Positions 9,674-19,742 of a stretch of DNA of 64,000 nt are shown piece after piece. The stretch's first letter is position 1. Each line of letters starts with the position of its first letter. Source of the stretch: Phycisphaerae bacterium (GTDB taxonomy: Bacteria; Planctomycetota; Phycisphaerae; UBA1845; Fen-1342); NCBI GenBank assembly GCA_050115495.1, contig JASFQK010000009.1, forward strand, positions 32,001 through 96,000, read 5' to 3'. Under the pieces are notes generated by a model. It was not told where the DNA came from. It saw only the letters and a list, made by a program, of their open reading frames with translations, and searched no databases. A program made the position numbers and the translations under genes.

Positions 9674-10417
9674 ATGCGTTCCCGGCACAACAGGCCCCCC
9701 CTTCTCAACCGCCGCCAGCCGCCGTCTGCGAGAAGCGGCTTCACGCTGATCGAGCTGCTGGTGGTCATCGCCATCATCTCGCTGCTGATGTCGATTCTGA
9801 CGCCGTCGTTGAGCCGGGCCCGGCAGCAGGCGAAGTCGGCCTTGTGCCTGACGCGGTTGTCGGAGTTCATGAAGGCGACCACGGCCTACGGGAACGACAA
9901 CAACTTCCTGCTGCCGCCGACGATGTACGAGGTGGCCCAGCCCGACGACGCCAGCCCGCCGCCCGGCATGGCCCCGCTGCACGGCTGGGCCGAGGCGCTA
10001 TACCAATACCTCTACGGCGACAAAGACTATCCGATGGACGAGGATTTCCCCGTCCAGCGCAACCGCCGCGGCCGCTACGAGCTGTGGCTGTGCAAGGAAG
10101 GCATCCCGCTGGCCAACAGCACGGGCCACTATCGCGTCTACGAGCTGAGCTGGAACAAGGGCACGCTCGACCTGATCAACCCCCGTCTGCCGCTCATCAT
10201 GGACGCCAACCCGAAGGTCACCGATCCGTACGACCTGCGGATGAGCTACATCCCGCGTGAACACCTGGCCGGGCTCGAAGGCGAAGCCTACATCGACGAG
10301 CGGCATTACGGCGGCACGAACTACGCCTTCAACGACGGCCACGCCGTGCGCAGCACGAACCTCAAGGAACAGCTCGCCGAAGACTGGGACCTCAACCCGG
10401 ACACGCTCAACCGATGA
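9674..10417 (+). CDS. Prepilin-type N-terminal cleavage/methylation protein with H-X9-DG motif (DUF1559-like)
   Basis: GFTLIELLVVIAIISLLMSILTPSLSRAR and C-terminal RHYGGTNYAFNDGHA. Confidence 0.9.
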   Translation: MRSRHNRPPLLNRRQPPSARSGFTLIELLVVIAIISLLMSILTPSLSRARQQAKSALCLTRLSEFMKATTAYGNDNNFLLPPTMYEVAQPDDASPPPGMAPLHGWAEALYQYLYGDKDYPMDEDFPVQRNRRGRYELWLCKEGIPLANSTGHYRVYELSWNKGTLDLINPRLPLIMDANPKVTDPYDLRMSYIPREHLAGLEGEAYIDERHYGGTNYAFNDGHAVRSTNLKEQLAEDWDLNPDTLNR

Positions 10418-11568
10418 ACGCACCACCCCTCACGTACCTCGACAACAACGCGACCACGCGCGTTGACCCGCGCGTCGTCGATGCCCTCGTCCCGCTGCTC
10501 GCCGAGCAGTACGGCAATCCGTCCAGCGCCCATCACTTCGGGGCGCAGGTCGCCGTGCAGATCGAGCAGTCCCGTCGACAGGTGGCCGCGCTGATCGGCG
10601 CCCGCGACGCCGAAATCGTCTTCACGTGCGGTGGCACGGAGGCGGACAACACGGCTCTGCGCGGCGTGCTGACGGCCCTGCCGGAAAAGCGGCACGTCAT
10701 CATCTCGCCCGTCGAGCACCACGCGATCTTCGAGACGTGCGAGCGGCTCGAAGAAGGCGGGCTGACGGTGACGCGATTGCGCGTCGACCGCGAGGGCCGG
10801 CTCGACCTCGATCACCTGGCGAGCAGCCTGCGCGACGACACGGCCCTGGTCTCGGTCATGCTGGCCAACAACGAGACGGGCGTCGTCTTTCCGCTACGAC
10901 AGATCAGCGAGATCGCCCACGCCCGCGGCGTGCTCGTGCACACCGACGCCGTCAACGCGACGGGCAAGCTCGCCTACGATGTGAACGAGCTTGGTGTCGA
11001 CCTGCTCTCGCTCAGCGCCCACAAGTTCCACGGACCCAAGGGCGTCGGCGCACTGTACATCCGCCGGGGGACGCCGTTCCGCTCGGTACAGATCGGCGGA
11101 GCCCAGGAGCGCGGTCGGCGCGGCGGCACGCTGAACGCCCCGGGCATCGTCGCCCTCGGCGCGGCCTGTGCCCTGCTGAGCGAACTCGGCGATGCAGTTC
11201 ACGAACGGATGCGCGTTCTGCGCGACCAGCTCGAAACGCGGCTGCGCGAACGGCTGCCCGACGTGTACATCTGCGGCAGCGGCGTTGAACGCCTGCCGAA
11301 CACGACGTGCGCCTGCTTCCCGGGTGTGAGTTCCGAGGCGATCCTGATGCTGCTCAGCGAGGCGGGCATCTGCGTCTCGACCGGCTCGGCGTGCGCCAGC
11401 GGCACGCTCGATCCGTCGCACGTCCTGGTCGCCATGGGCATCGATCCGCACGTCGCCCAGGGGCAGATTCGCTTCTCGCTCGGCCGGTTCAACACAAAGG
11501 CCGATATCGACCGGCTCTTCGAGGTCCTGCCGAATATCGTGGCCCGCGCGGCGACGTCGAACGTCTGA
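10414..11568 (+). CDS. Cysteine desulfurase (NifS/IscS family)
   Basis: YLDNNATT, GNPSSAH, SAHKFHGPKG (PLP Lys) and STGSACASG (catalytic Cys). Confidence 0.95.
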   Translation: MNAPPLTYLDNNATTRVDPRVVDALVPLLAEQYGNPSSAHHFGAQVAVQIEQSRRQVAALIGARDAEIVFTCGGTEADNTALRGVLTALPEKRHVIISPVEHHAIFETCERLEEGGLTVTRLRVDREGRLDLDHLASSLRDDTALVSVMLANNETGVVFPLRQISEIAHARGVLVHTDAVNATGKLAYDVNELGVDLLSLSAHKFHGPKGVGALYIRRGTPFRSVQIGGAQERGRRGGTLNAPGIVALGAACALLSELGDAVHERMRVLRDQLETRLRERLPDVYICGSGVERLPNTTCACFPGVSSEAILMLLSEAGICVSTGSACASGTLDPSHVLVAMGIDPHVAQGQIRFSLGRFNTKADIDRLFEVLPNIVARAATSNV

Positions 11569-11665
11569 CGCCGACCGCCGCCATCTCCGGCAGAATATCC
11601 TCGGGCCGACCCCGAATACGGTTCAGGCAGGACGGCCGGCGTTCACCGGCACGGCGAGGTATACG

Positions 11666-12202
11666 ATGATCCACCTCTGCATATTCAGCGGACACAACGC
11701 CCCACTCGCTCCCGGGCGGCGCGTCTACCTGACGGTGTTCGGCGGAGCCGACCTCAGCCGCCCCACGCTGGCCAAGCAGATGATCGAACGGTTCCGCCGA
11801 CAACAGGCCGGCGACACCGTGCCGGGGCACTTCTTCATCACGCTATTCGGGGGCGTGTCCATCAAGGTACCGACACTGGCGGAGGAGTTCCTCGACCTCC
11901 AGCACGCCGTGCGCGGCGGGCAGCTCACGCTGACCCAATGGGACCAGGCGCTCGCCGAAGTCGGCCACTACAACGTCTGGCCGCTCGGGTCGCTCACGCT
12001 GTTCGGCGGGTACGACGCTGAGGAGTTGCCGTCGGAGAATACCGAGGTCGAGCAGATCGCCCAGAGCCGGCACCTCGGGTATCTGTCCGATGAGGCGGCG
12101 ACACTGCTGGCCGGTGCGATCGGCACACGCGGCACGCCGCGTGGAACCGTCGTTCGCCAGGCCGTGGCGACGTCAATGGCACCGGACAGCGTCGAACGGT
12201 AG
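11666..12202 (+). CDS. Hypothetical protein (repeated FGG beta motifs)
   Basis: 178 aa ORF with RBS GAGG; IFSG/VFGG/LFGG repeats. Confidence 0.55.
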   Translation: MIHLCIFSGHNAPLAPGRRVYLTVFGGADLSRPTLAKQMIERFRRQQAGDTVPGHFFITLFGGVSIKVPTLAEEFLDLQHAVRGGQLTLTQWDQALAEVGHYNVWPLGSLTLFGGYDAEELPSENTEVEQIAQSRHLGYLSDEAATLLAGAIGTRGTPRGTVVRQAVATSMAPDSVER

Positions 12203-12258
12203 CGGCGTCTGGTAAGCCCCCCACCGCAACTCGTAACTCTTGCTGCTTCCCTCGCGAC

Positions 12259-13176
12259 CTACTCGCCCTTGCGAGCGGGGAAGGCCCGTTCCATTGCTTC
12301 GAGGTAGGCCCACTTCTCGCGGATCTGGGTCTTGATGCTCTCCGCGTCGATGGTCTCGGACTTGTAGCGGCGCTGGCCGGCGAGGTAGTCCTCGAGCGGC
12401 GTGCCGTCGGGACGCTCGTTAATGCGGTAGCGAACGCCGTCGAAGACCTCATAGACGGGGAACAGGCCGCAGCCGACCGCCGCCCGGATCAGGTCGACGC
12501 TCTGCGTCGGGTCCGATTTCCAGCCGGTCGGACACGGCGAGAGCATCAGCAGGAACTTGAAGCCGCGGATGGACCGCGCCGTCCGCACTTTGCGGAGGAA
12601 GTCGTCGCGGTTGGCGACGGAGAGCGTGGCGGCGTAGGGAATGCGGTGCGCCGCCATGATGCTCATGATGTCCTTCTTCGGCTCGGTCTTGCCGCTGGCG
12701 GTGGTCGTCGTCTTCACGCCCTGCGGCGTGGCGCTGGAGCGCTGCCCGCCGGTGTTGCCGTAGATCTCGTTGTCGTAGCAGACGTAGATGATGTTCTCGT
12801 TGCGTTCGGCGGCGGCGGAGAGGGTGGCCATGCCGATGTCGTAGGTGCCGCCGTCGCCGGTCCAGCAGACGGTGGCCCGGTTCTCATCGTTGAGGTCGTA
12901 GACGACGCTGACGCCGGTGGCGACCGCCGGCGAGCTGGCGAACGTCGCCGCCGCGGTGGGCACACCGAAAGCGCTGGTCGGGAAGGCGCCGGCGGTGACG
13001 ATGCCACAGCAGGCGGGAATGACCATCGTGGGCCGGTCGTCCTCGCCCAGGGCCTGGTCGAGCCACTGCAGGCCGAGCGACATGCCGCAGCCGGCGCAGT
13101 TGGTGTTGCCCGGGCGAAGCACGCCGTCACAGCGGGCGAAGTCGTTGGCGAAGTCTCGGGTGGTTGTGGTGGTCAT
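12259..13176 (-). CDS. porB: Pyruvate/2-oxoacid:ferredoxin oxidoreductase beta subunit (TPP-binding)
   Basis: CAGCG, GDGGTYDIG...YDNEIYGNTGGQRS and SPCPTGW motifs. Confidence 0.9.
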   Translation of the reverse strand: MTTTTTRDFANDFARCDGVLRPGNTNCAGCGMSLGLQWLDQALGEDDRPTMVIPACCGIVTAGAFPTSAFGVPTAAATFASSPAVATGVSVVYDLNDENRATVCWTGDGGTYDIGMATLSAAAERNENIIYVCYDNEIYGNTGGQRSSATPQGVKTTTTASGKTEPKKDIMSIMAAHRIPYAATLSVANRDDFLRKVRTARSIRGFKFLLMLSPCPTGWKSDPTQSVDLIRAAVGCGLFPVYEVFDGVRYRINERPDGTPLEDYLAGQRRYKSETIDAESIKTQIREKWAYLEAMERAFPARKGE

Positions 13177-14345
13177 GCGGCCACCTCCTTGAACAGCGGT
13201 GCGGTGGCCTGCTTGCGGGTGTTGAGGTCTTCGAAGATCTCGTCGATGAAGCGGGGCGTGACGTCGCCGCCGCCGAGGCCGACCAGGTAATCCTGCAGGA
13301 GCACGTCGGGGCGCTCGCGCAGGGTCGTGGCGATCTCATTCCAGAAGATGCCGCCGGAACCGGGCGAGTGGTTGCGGTCGAGCACGCCCACGCGCTTGGC
13401 CGAACCGATAGCCTTCAGGAAGAGCTCCCGCTCGAAGGGGCGGAACATCTTCAGCTTGATCATGCCGACCTTCTCGCCGCGCTCGCGACGGGCCTTCACC
13501 ACGCGGCGGAGCGTGCGGGCCATCGTGTTGCAGGCCACCAGCACGGTGTCGGCGTCCTCGGTGTGCTCGGCGGAGAAGATGCCGTGCGGCCGGCGGCCGA
13601 AGACCTTCTCGAACTCGTCGATGGCCTCGGCCAGCACCGTCGGCACATTTTCCATGGCCGCCTGGATTTCCTCACGGTGCTTCTCGGTCTCGCGCGGCCA
13701 GGTCAGCCCGCCGACCGTGGTCGGGTGTTCGTAGTTCAGGCGGTGCGGCACCACGCATGGCGGCAGGTAGCGGTCGACCAATTCCTGCTCGGGCAGGTCG
13801 ACGACCATCTGCGTGTGCGACAGAACGAAGCCGTCCATCGCCACCATCGCCGGCAGCAGCACGCGGGGATCCTCGGCGACGCGGAACGACAGCAGGATCG
13901 TGTCGACCAGATCCTGGTGCGACTCGCAGTAGAACTGCATCCACGCCGCGTCACGCAGCGAGAGGCTGTCGCCCTGGTCCACCCAGATGTTCCACGGCGG
14001 GCCCAGCGTGCGGTTGACGGCGATCATCACGATCGGCAACCGGTAGTAGCCGGCAGCGAAGACGTTCTCGTTCATGTACGCCAGGCCGTTGGCCGAGCTG
14101 GCCGTGAAGGCCCGCGCTCCGGCCAGCGACGCTCCGATGCACACCGCCATGGCACTGTGCTCGGACTCGACCGGCACAACGCGGCCCCGCGTGAAGTTGA
14201 ACCCGCGGAGAAACTCGATGATTTCGGTTTGCGGCGTAATCGGATAGGCGCCGGCACAGCAGCCCCGGGTGCCGCGGTTAGCCTCGCCGGCCCGGGCCAG
14301 AGTGTATCCGGCAGCGTGATTCCCGGTCACCAACGTGCGTGCCAC
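13173..14345 (-). CDS. porA: Pyruvate/2-oxoacid:ferredoxin oxidoreductase alpha subunit
   Basis: GNHAA, AYPITPQT, VESEHSA and FRPF motifs; GTG start after GGAGG. Confidence 0.9.
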   Translation of the reverse strand: MARTLVTGNHAAGYTLARAGEANRGTRGCCAGAYPITPQTEIIEFLRGFNFTRGRVVPVESEHSAMAVCIGASLAGARAFTASSANGLAYMNENVFAAGYYRLPIVMIAVNRTLGPPWNIWVDQGDSLSLRDAAWMQFYCESHQDLVDTILLSFRVAEDPRVLLPAMVAMDGFVLSHTQMVVDLPEQELVDRYLPPCVVPHRLNYEHPTTVGGLTWPRETEKHREEIQAAMENVPTVLAEAIDEFEKVFGRRPHGIFSAEHTEDADTVLVACNTMARTLRRVVKARRERGEKVGMIKLKMFRPFERELFLKAIGSAKRVGVLDRNHSPGSGGIFWNEIATTLRERPDVLLQDYLVGLGGGDVTPRFIDEIFEDLNTRKQATAPLFKEVAA

Positions 14346-14359
14346 CAGGCACCTCCTTC

Positions 14360-16579
14360 CTACAGCTCCCTGAGGTAGATCACGCCGCGCGGACACTGCG
14401 AAGCGCAGATGCCGCAGCCCTTGCAGTAATCGAAGTTGAACGTGTAGCGGTCCATGCCCTCGTGCAGCATCACACCCTCGGGGCAGTACGTCAGGCAGCG
14501 ATCACATTCGTTGCAGACGCCGCAACTGAAGCAGCGCTCCGCCTCGGCCACCGCCGCCTCGTGACCCGGCTCGTCCACCAGGCCCAGCCGCACCTCCGAG
14601 AACGACCGTCGCCGCACATTCGGCGGCAGCACTGTCGCCTGCTCCCGCGGCACGTGCGTGAACACGTGCATGTGAATCTCGTCGGCGCCGGCGACGGGCG
14701 GTGCCGCCGGCGGGAAGAGATCCTCGCCGGTCAGTGTCTTGTGCACGTGCAGCGCGGCCCGGTGACCGCTGCCGATGGCCGCGGTCACGGTGCCCTCGTT
14801 CGTGGCAAAATCGCCGCCGGAGAAGACCGGTGCCCCGGTCAGCCCGAGCAGCGCCTCGCCCTCGTGCACGTCGGAGCCCTCGGGCAGAATCGACAGGTCG
14901 CTCGACTGACCGAGAGCCAGCAGGACCTTGTCGCACTCGACGTCGAAGATGGCGTCTTCGCTCTCCAGCGGCAGCGGGCGACGGCGGCCGGACTCATCCG
15001 GCTCGCCCAGCTTCATCCGCTGGCAGGTCAGCACCGGGCCGTTGCTCCCCTTCTCCAGACGCAACGGGTTCACAAGCTCGTCGAGCTGGATCTTCTCCTC
15101 GATGGCTTCCTCGATTTCCTCTTCGATGGCCGGCATTTCGGCCCGCGTGCGGCGGTAGATAATGCGGACGTTCTGGGCCCCGACGCGGAGGGCCGTGCGG
15201 GCCGCATCCATCGCCGTGTTGCCGCCGCCCACCACCACGACGCGCTGGCCGCTGAGCGGGAACTCGCCCCGGCGGGCCCGATCGAGGAAGTCGATGCCCT
15301 GCAGGACCATGTCGTCGGCAAGGTTGCCCAGGTTCAGCGCCCGCAGCTCCTGGAGGCCGGTGCCGATGAAAACGGCGGCGAACTCGTGCGTCAGCTTGAG
15401 TAGCGCCTTGCGGTCGATCGTGCAATTCGTCTCGACCTCGACGCCGTGCCGCAGAATGAAGCTGATCTCGCGATCGAGCACGTTGCGCGGCAGGCGGTAC
15501 GGCGGAATGCCCGTGCGGAGCACGCCGCCGAGCTCGGCCGCGGCCTCGAAGAGCTTCACGCGATAGCCGAGGCGGGCCAGGTGATACGCCGCGCTGAGGC
15601 CCGCCGGCCCGGAACCGACGACCGCGATGCGCTCCTGGCGTGTCGGGTTGGCGGGCTCGGGCCAGAGGGCGTGGTCGGCGACGTAGCGTTCGATCTCGCG
15701 GACGTTGACGGCCTCGTCGTGCAGCCGGCGGTTGCAGGCCTCCATGCACGGTGCGGGGCAGACACGGCCGCAGATGCCCGGCAGCGGCGACGTTTGCAGA
15801 ATCGTTTGCAGCGCCGCGTCGTAGTCCTTCTTCACCACCGCCTGCACGAAGCCGCGGACGTCGTTGCCCGCCGGACAGCCGTCGTTGCACGGCGGCGTGA
15901 GCTGGTGGCGGTCGGGTTGGAACGAGGCCCACGAGCCGGTGCGGATGACCGGCATGCCGCCGACATCGGCGTCGAGGATGCTGGCCACGGCTCCGCCGCC
16001 GCCGCCACCCGTCGTCGCCTGCACCTTGCCTTTGAGCGTGGCGATCTGCACGGTGTCATAGGCCTCGCGGGCACCGGCGAGGTTGGGCCCGCCGAACTTC
16101 ATCTCCGCCAGCGTCGCCTCGACGTCGGCGAAGGGCATGTCGAAGACCTTGGCCACGGCGCCGAGCAGAATCGTGTTGACGATGGGCACGGCCTTGCTGC
16201 CGAGCTTGTTCTTGATGGCGATGGCGTTGGCGTCGATCGTCGCCACGCGGCGGCCGGCGAAGAGCTCGGCGTAGTCCTGTGGCGGCTGCGGCGTGTTCAG
16301 GATCGCCCAGCCCTCGGGCTTCAGGCCGGTGAGCACCCGCGGGGCGATGAGCGTGCTGTCCAGGACGATGATGTGGTCCGGCGACTCGATCTGGTTGTGG
16401 TTGTCGATCTCGGCGTCGTCGGCCCGCATGAAGGCCTGGATCGGTGCTCCGGAGCGTTCGGCCCCGTACACGCCGAAAGCCTGTACGTGCTTGCCGCGGA
16501 GGAAGTAGGCCGTGGCGATGAGCTTGGCGAGAGTGACGCCGCCTCGGCCGCCACGTCCGTAGATGGTCAATTCGATCAT
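14360..16579 (-). CDS. Fusion: 2-oxoacid oxidoreductase gamma subunit + GltD-like NAD(P)/FAD oxidoreductase + 2x[4Fe-4S] delta-like domain
   Basis: N-terminal GRGGRGGVT...YGAERSGAP; middle PPC...CP, CGRVCPAPC, GSGPAG, GGGNTAMD; C-terminal CFSCGVCNECDRC...CKGCGICASQCP. Confidence 0.9.
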   Translation of the reverse strand: MIELTIYGRGGRGGVTLAKLIATAYFLRGKHVQAFGVYGAERSGAPIQAFMRADDAEIDNHNQIESPDHIIVLDSTLIAPRVLTGLKPEGWAILNTPQPPQDYAELFAGRRVATIDANAIAIKNKLGSKAVPIVNTILLGAVAKVFDMPFADVEATLAEMKFGGPNLAGAREAYDTVQIATLKGKVQATTGGGGGGAVASILDADVGGMPVIRTGSWASFQPDRHQLTPPCNDGCPAGNDVRGFVQAVVKKDYDAALQTILQTSPLPGICGRVCPAPCMEACNRRLHDEAVNVREIERYVADHALWPEPANPTRQERIAVVGSGPAGLSAAYHLARLGYRVKLFEAAAELGGVLRTGIPPYRLPRNVLDREISFILRHGVEVETNCTIDRKALLKLTHEFAAVFIGTGLQELRALNLGNLADDMVLQGIDFLDRARRGEFPLSGQRVVVVGGGNTAMDAARTALRVGAQNVRIIYRRTRAEMPAIEEEIEEAIEEKIQLDELVNPLRLEKGSNGPVLTCQRMKLGEPDESGRRRPLPLESEDAIFDVECDKVLLALGQSSDLSILPEGSDVHEGEALLGLTGAPVFSGGDFATNEGTVTAAIGSGHRAALHVHKTLTGEDLFPPAAPPVAGADEIHMHVFTHVPREQATVLPPNVRRRSFSEVRLGLVDEPGHEAAVAEAERCFSCGVCNECDRCLTYCPEGVMLHEGMDRYTFNFDYCKGCGICASQCPRGVIYLREL

Positions 16580-16715
16580 GCCGCACCCAATTTGGTTTTG
16601 AGCCGCTGGCCGGGCGAGAGCACCGGACTCCGCCGATGGCGCCGCGGGCCAGGGAGATGACAGACGGGCCTGGTCCGGGTCAGCGCATAGCCCGTCGGTC
16701 GGCACGAGATCGCGG

Positions 16716-16730
16716 GCAAGATTCGTTCCG
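16716..16730 (-). promoter_or_regulatory. Possible sigma54 -24/-12 promoter for the por operon
   Basis: Minus strand reads CGGAACGAATCTTGC (GG-N10-GC). A second GG-N10-GC (TGGCAGGAAACCTGC) lies near 16771-16785. Confidence 0.3.
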
Positions 16731-16874
16731 TGTCCGGTATTCGGAATCCCCCCCACCGGGGCCACGCCGGGCAGGTTTCCTGCCACCGGAACCGATTTCG
16801 GCAGTAAGGCGACACCATAAGTCCGAAAGAGATGGGGATTTTCGTCCGACCGCTGCGCCAACCGGCGCTGCGGA

Positions 16875-17942
16875 TCAGAACGCCACCCGGACCTTCCCCT
16901 CCTGCCACTCCTTCATGAGGACCCGGATTTCCTCGGCGGCCTCGCCCAGCCGCTCTGCCGTCAGGACCAGGGACTCGTAGAGCTTGGCGTCGTTGAGCAG
17001 GAGGCCGACGGTGCCTTCACCCCGTTTCAGGCCATCTGCGATCTCTTGTGTCGTGTCCAGCAGCCGGCTGCCGCGTTCGAGCGTGTCCCGGGCATCCCGG
17101 CCGATCGCCACAACCTCCTCATCCAGGTGCTCAATGGTCCCTTGGGCCTTGCCAACGGCCGTCCGGGCGTCGGCGAAGAACCCCCGCGCCTCCTCGGCCG
17201 TAGCGCGGAAGTCGGCCACGGCCGCCTTGCCGTCCTCGCTCATGGCGTAGAGGTTGTCGATGGTCTCCTTGAGCCGGCTGCGGGTCTCCGGATCACCCAG
17301 AACGTCGTTGACATGCTTGATCGTGCCGTCGAAGCGGGCCATGGCACTGGAGAGGTTGCCCTGCTGTCCACCGGGCCGATCCACCTCCGTTGGGCTGCGC
17401 TTGACCATGATTTCGTGGAGATCCTGGAGCACCGGTGTCAGGTTCTCGGCGGCTTCTCCGAGTTGTGTTGCCGTCTTCTCCAGCGTCTTGACGATCTGGG
17501 CGGGGACGATGGACTCGACTGCCCCGCGAACCTCACCCGGAATGGTCGAATTGGGCGGCAGCGCCGACAGGCCGGCGTCGCCGGGAATGATTTCGATGGG
17601 CGGACGGCTCAACCCGAGGGCTGGCTCCGTTGTGATAGCCCGGCTGCCGTTGCGAAGAACGATGTCCTTGCGCATCTGAACGACGACGCGGACGCCGGCA
17701 TCGAGGTTATTGGGGTCGATAAAACCGACATCCAGGACGCGGCCGACCTCGATGCCGCCGAGCGTGACCTGGTTGTCCTGCCGAACGCCGGCGGCAGATT
17801 TGAAGTGAATGTTGAGCGGGTAGCCGCCGCCGCTGAAAAACGCGGTCGCCCCGCTGCCGAACAAAATGGCGAGCGCGCCGACGATCAGGAGGCCGCAGAG
17901 GACAAACAAGCCGACATAGAGATTCCGGCGTGCTTCTTGCAT
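16875..17942 (-). CDS. MlaD/MCE family protein
   Basis: N-terminal TM, F.SAAGV...VTLGGIEVGRV, helical region, GEGTVGLLLND..LY. Confidence 0.85.
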   Translation of the reverse strand: MQEARRNLYVGLFVLCGLLIVGALAILFGSGATAFFSGGGYPLNIHFKSAAGVRQDNQVTLGGIEVGRVLDVGFIDPNNLDAGVRVVVQMRKDIVLRNGSRAITTEPALGLSRPPIEIIPGDAGLSALPPNSTIPGEVRGAVESIVPAQIVKTLEKTATQLGEAAENLTPVLQDLHEIMVKRSPTEVDRPGGQQGNLSSAMARFDGTIKHVNDVLGDPETRSRLKETIDNLYAMSEDGKAAVADFRATAEEARGFFADARTAVGKAQGTIEHLDEEVVAIGRDARDTLERGSRLLDTTQEIADGLKRGEGTVGLLLNDAKLYESLVLTAERLGEAAEEIRVLMKEWQEGKVRVAF

Positions 17943-18076
17943 GGTCAGTTCTCCCGTGTTTGCCAGGCGCCGCACGAGCGGTGCCCCCGGGGCGGCGGCG
18001 TGAGGCGGCCGCCCCTCGTTGTCTTGTGCGAGTGGCAATACTACACTATCGGAGTAAGCGGCATAAGGAGGACGTC

Positions 18077-18463
18077 GTGGCCCAGAGCCTGGAAGGCAAA
18101 ACCATTCTCGTCGTGGACGACGACCCGGACATCATCACCGCCATTTCCGCCAGTCTGTCGGAGACGGGGGCGGCGATCGAGACCGCCGGGGACGGCGCCG
18201 CGGCCGTAACCAAGGCCGAGAGCCTCGACCCGGACCTGGTGATCCTGGACATCATGCTGCCGCAGAAGAGCGGTTTTCTCGTGCTGGAGAAGCTGCGGCA
18301 GAACCGCCCGCGCGGCAGTAAGCCGGCGGTAATCATGATCACCGGTAATGAGGGCCGCCGCCACCGTCAGTACGCCGAGGCGTTGGGGGTCGACGCCTAC
18401 CTGAACAAGCCGTTCAAGATGGAGCGGCTGCTCGAGCTGAGCGAGAAGTTGTTGGCTGATTGA
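18077..18463 (+). CDS. Single-domain response regulator
   Basis: ILVVDDD, DLVILDIMLP, MITG and YLNKPF; GTG start after AAGGAGG. Confidence 0.9.
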   Translation: MAQSLEGKTILVVDDDPDIITAISASLSETGAAIETAGDGAAAVTKAESLDPDLVILDIMLPQKSGFLVLEKLRQNRPRGSKPAVIMITGNEGRRHRQYAEALGVDAYLNKPFKMERLLELSEKLLAD

Positions 18464-18729
18464 GGGGGCCGCTCAAGGCGGCGCGCGGCACTTTCCGGGG
18501 AGCAGGCGCGGACGGTTCGGTGCGGGCCGGCCGTGGGGGTCCCTGGCCGGGCACGAGGACGGACAGTCCACGCCCCCGGCAGGCATTGACGTACCCCGCC
18601 AAGGTCGCGAATATACCGGTTCTTTGGCTGCCCGCCGGGGAGGACGGCGGGGCCGGTGGCGGCCGGTCGCGCCGGAGCGCGGCCGCGGCAAGGAACTGCT
18701 CGCTTTTGGAACTGGGAGGATACGCTCCG

Positions 18730-19617
18730 ATGTGGCAATTGCTCTGCACGCTCCTGTTGCTCATGCCCGCCGCCCCGCAGGAGGCGCGGCCTCAGGTCGT
18801 TCCGGTCCGCCCGGCCGATGCGGTCGCGCAGGAAACACCGCCGGTCACCTCGGCACCAACGTACGACGAGGGACCGCTGCGCTGTGAAGTGGCGGCGATC
18901 TTCGACGCCCGGTACTGGTACAAGGTCACCCCGCCGCGCGTGCAGCCCTCGGTGCTGCAGATGCGCCTGCAGGTGATGGGCGACCGCATCACACAGGTGG
19001 CCCGCGCCGGCGAAGTCATCTTCACCGAAGCGGTGGACGATACCGGCAAGGCCCTCATTGACCCGAACAGCTACACCGACGAGCAGCGAGAGGCCTTGCA
19101 CCCGCTGCGGCTCTCGCCGGAGCAGTTGCGGGCCCAGGGTCTGCTGCTGCCGGCGTCGTTCGACTCGCCCGACCGGGCGGCCCGCTCGATCAAGCTGCGC
19201 GGCACGGTGAAGGTCGTCCTGGCCGAAGGCCGGGAAGAGATCACCATCGACAACCCGCTGCAATACGCGGGCAAGACGATCGAGAACGAGCTGCTCCGCA
19301 AGCTGGGCGTCGTGGTCCGCATCGTGCCCCCCGACGAGCTGGAAGCCACCGGACCGGCGAAGACCCCCGCGGAGCTCCTGGCGCTCGAGTACGTCGAGAA
19401 GGGTGACCACATCAACACGGTCAACCTCGTCGACGCCTGGATGAAGCGGCTGGCCTTCCGTCAGCAGCCCATGAAGACCAAGGACGGCCGCGACGTCGTC
19501 ACCTTCACCCTGGGCCGCGAGAAGTTCACGGAAGAGACGCAGCTCGTGCTGGAGGTCTTCACCAGGTTCGAAGAGGTGGTCCTTCCGATCGACCAGGACA
19601 GCGTCACCCTGCCGTGA
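18730..19617 (+). CDS. Secreted hypothetical protein
   Basis: Signal peptide MWQLLCTLLLLMP after GGGAGG; codon usage typical of the host. Confidence 0.65.
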   Translation: MWQLLCTLLLLMPAAPQEARPQVVPVRPADAVAQETPPVTSAPTYDEGPLRCEVAAIFDARYWYKVTPPRVQPSVLQMRLQVMGDRITQVARAGEVIFTEAVDDTGKALIDPNSYTDEQREALHPLRLSPEQLRAQGLLLPASFDSPDRAARSIKLRGTVKVVLAEGREEITIDNPLQYAGKTIENELLRKLGVVVRIVPPDELEATGPAKTPAELLALEYVEKGDHINTVNLVDAWMKRLAFRQQPMKTKDGRDVVTFTLGREKFTEETQLVLEVFTRFEEVVLPIDQDSVTLP

Positions 19618-19742
19618 GTTCGGTCCAGCCCGAAGCGCGGCGCCGAGCGGCCCGCAGCCAAACGGCTTTCCATCGTCGGCGTCACGGCGTCCGCGGACGT
19701 TGTGACGCCGACGTTCGTTAACCGACCCTGTCGGAGACGCAC

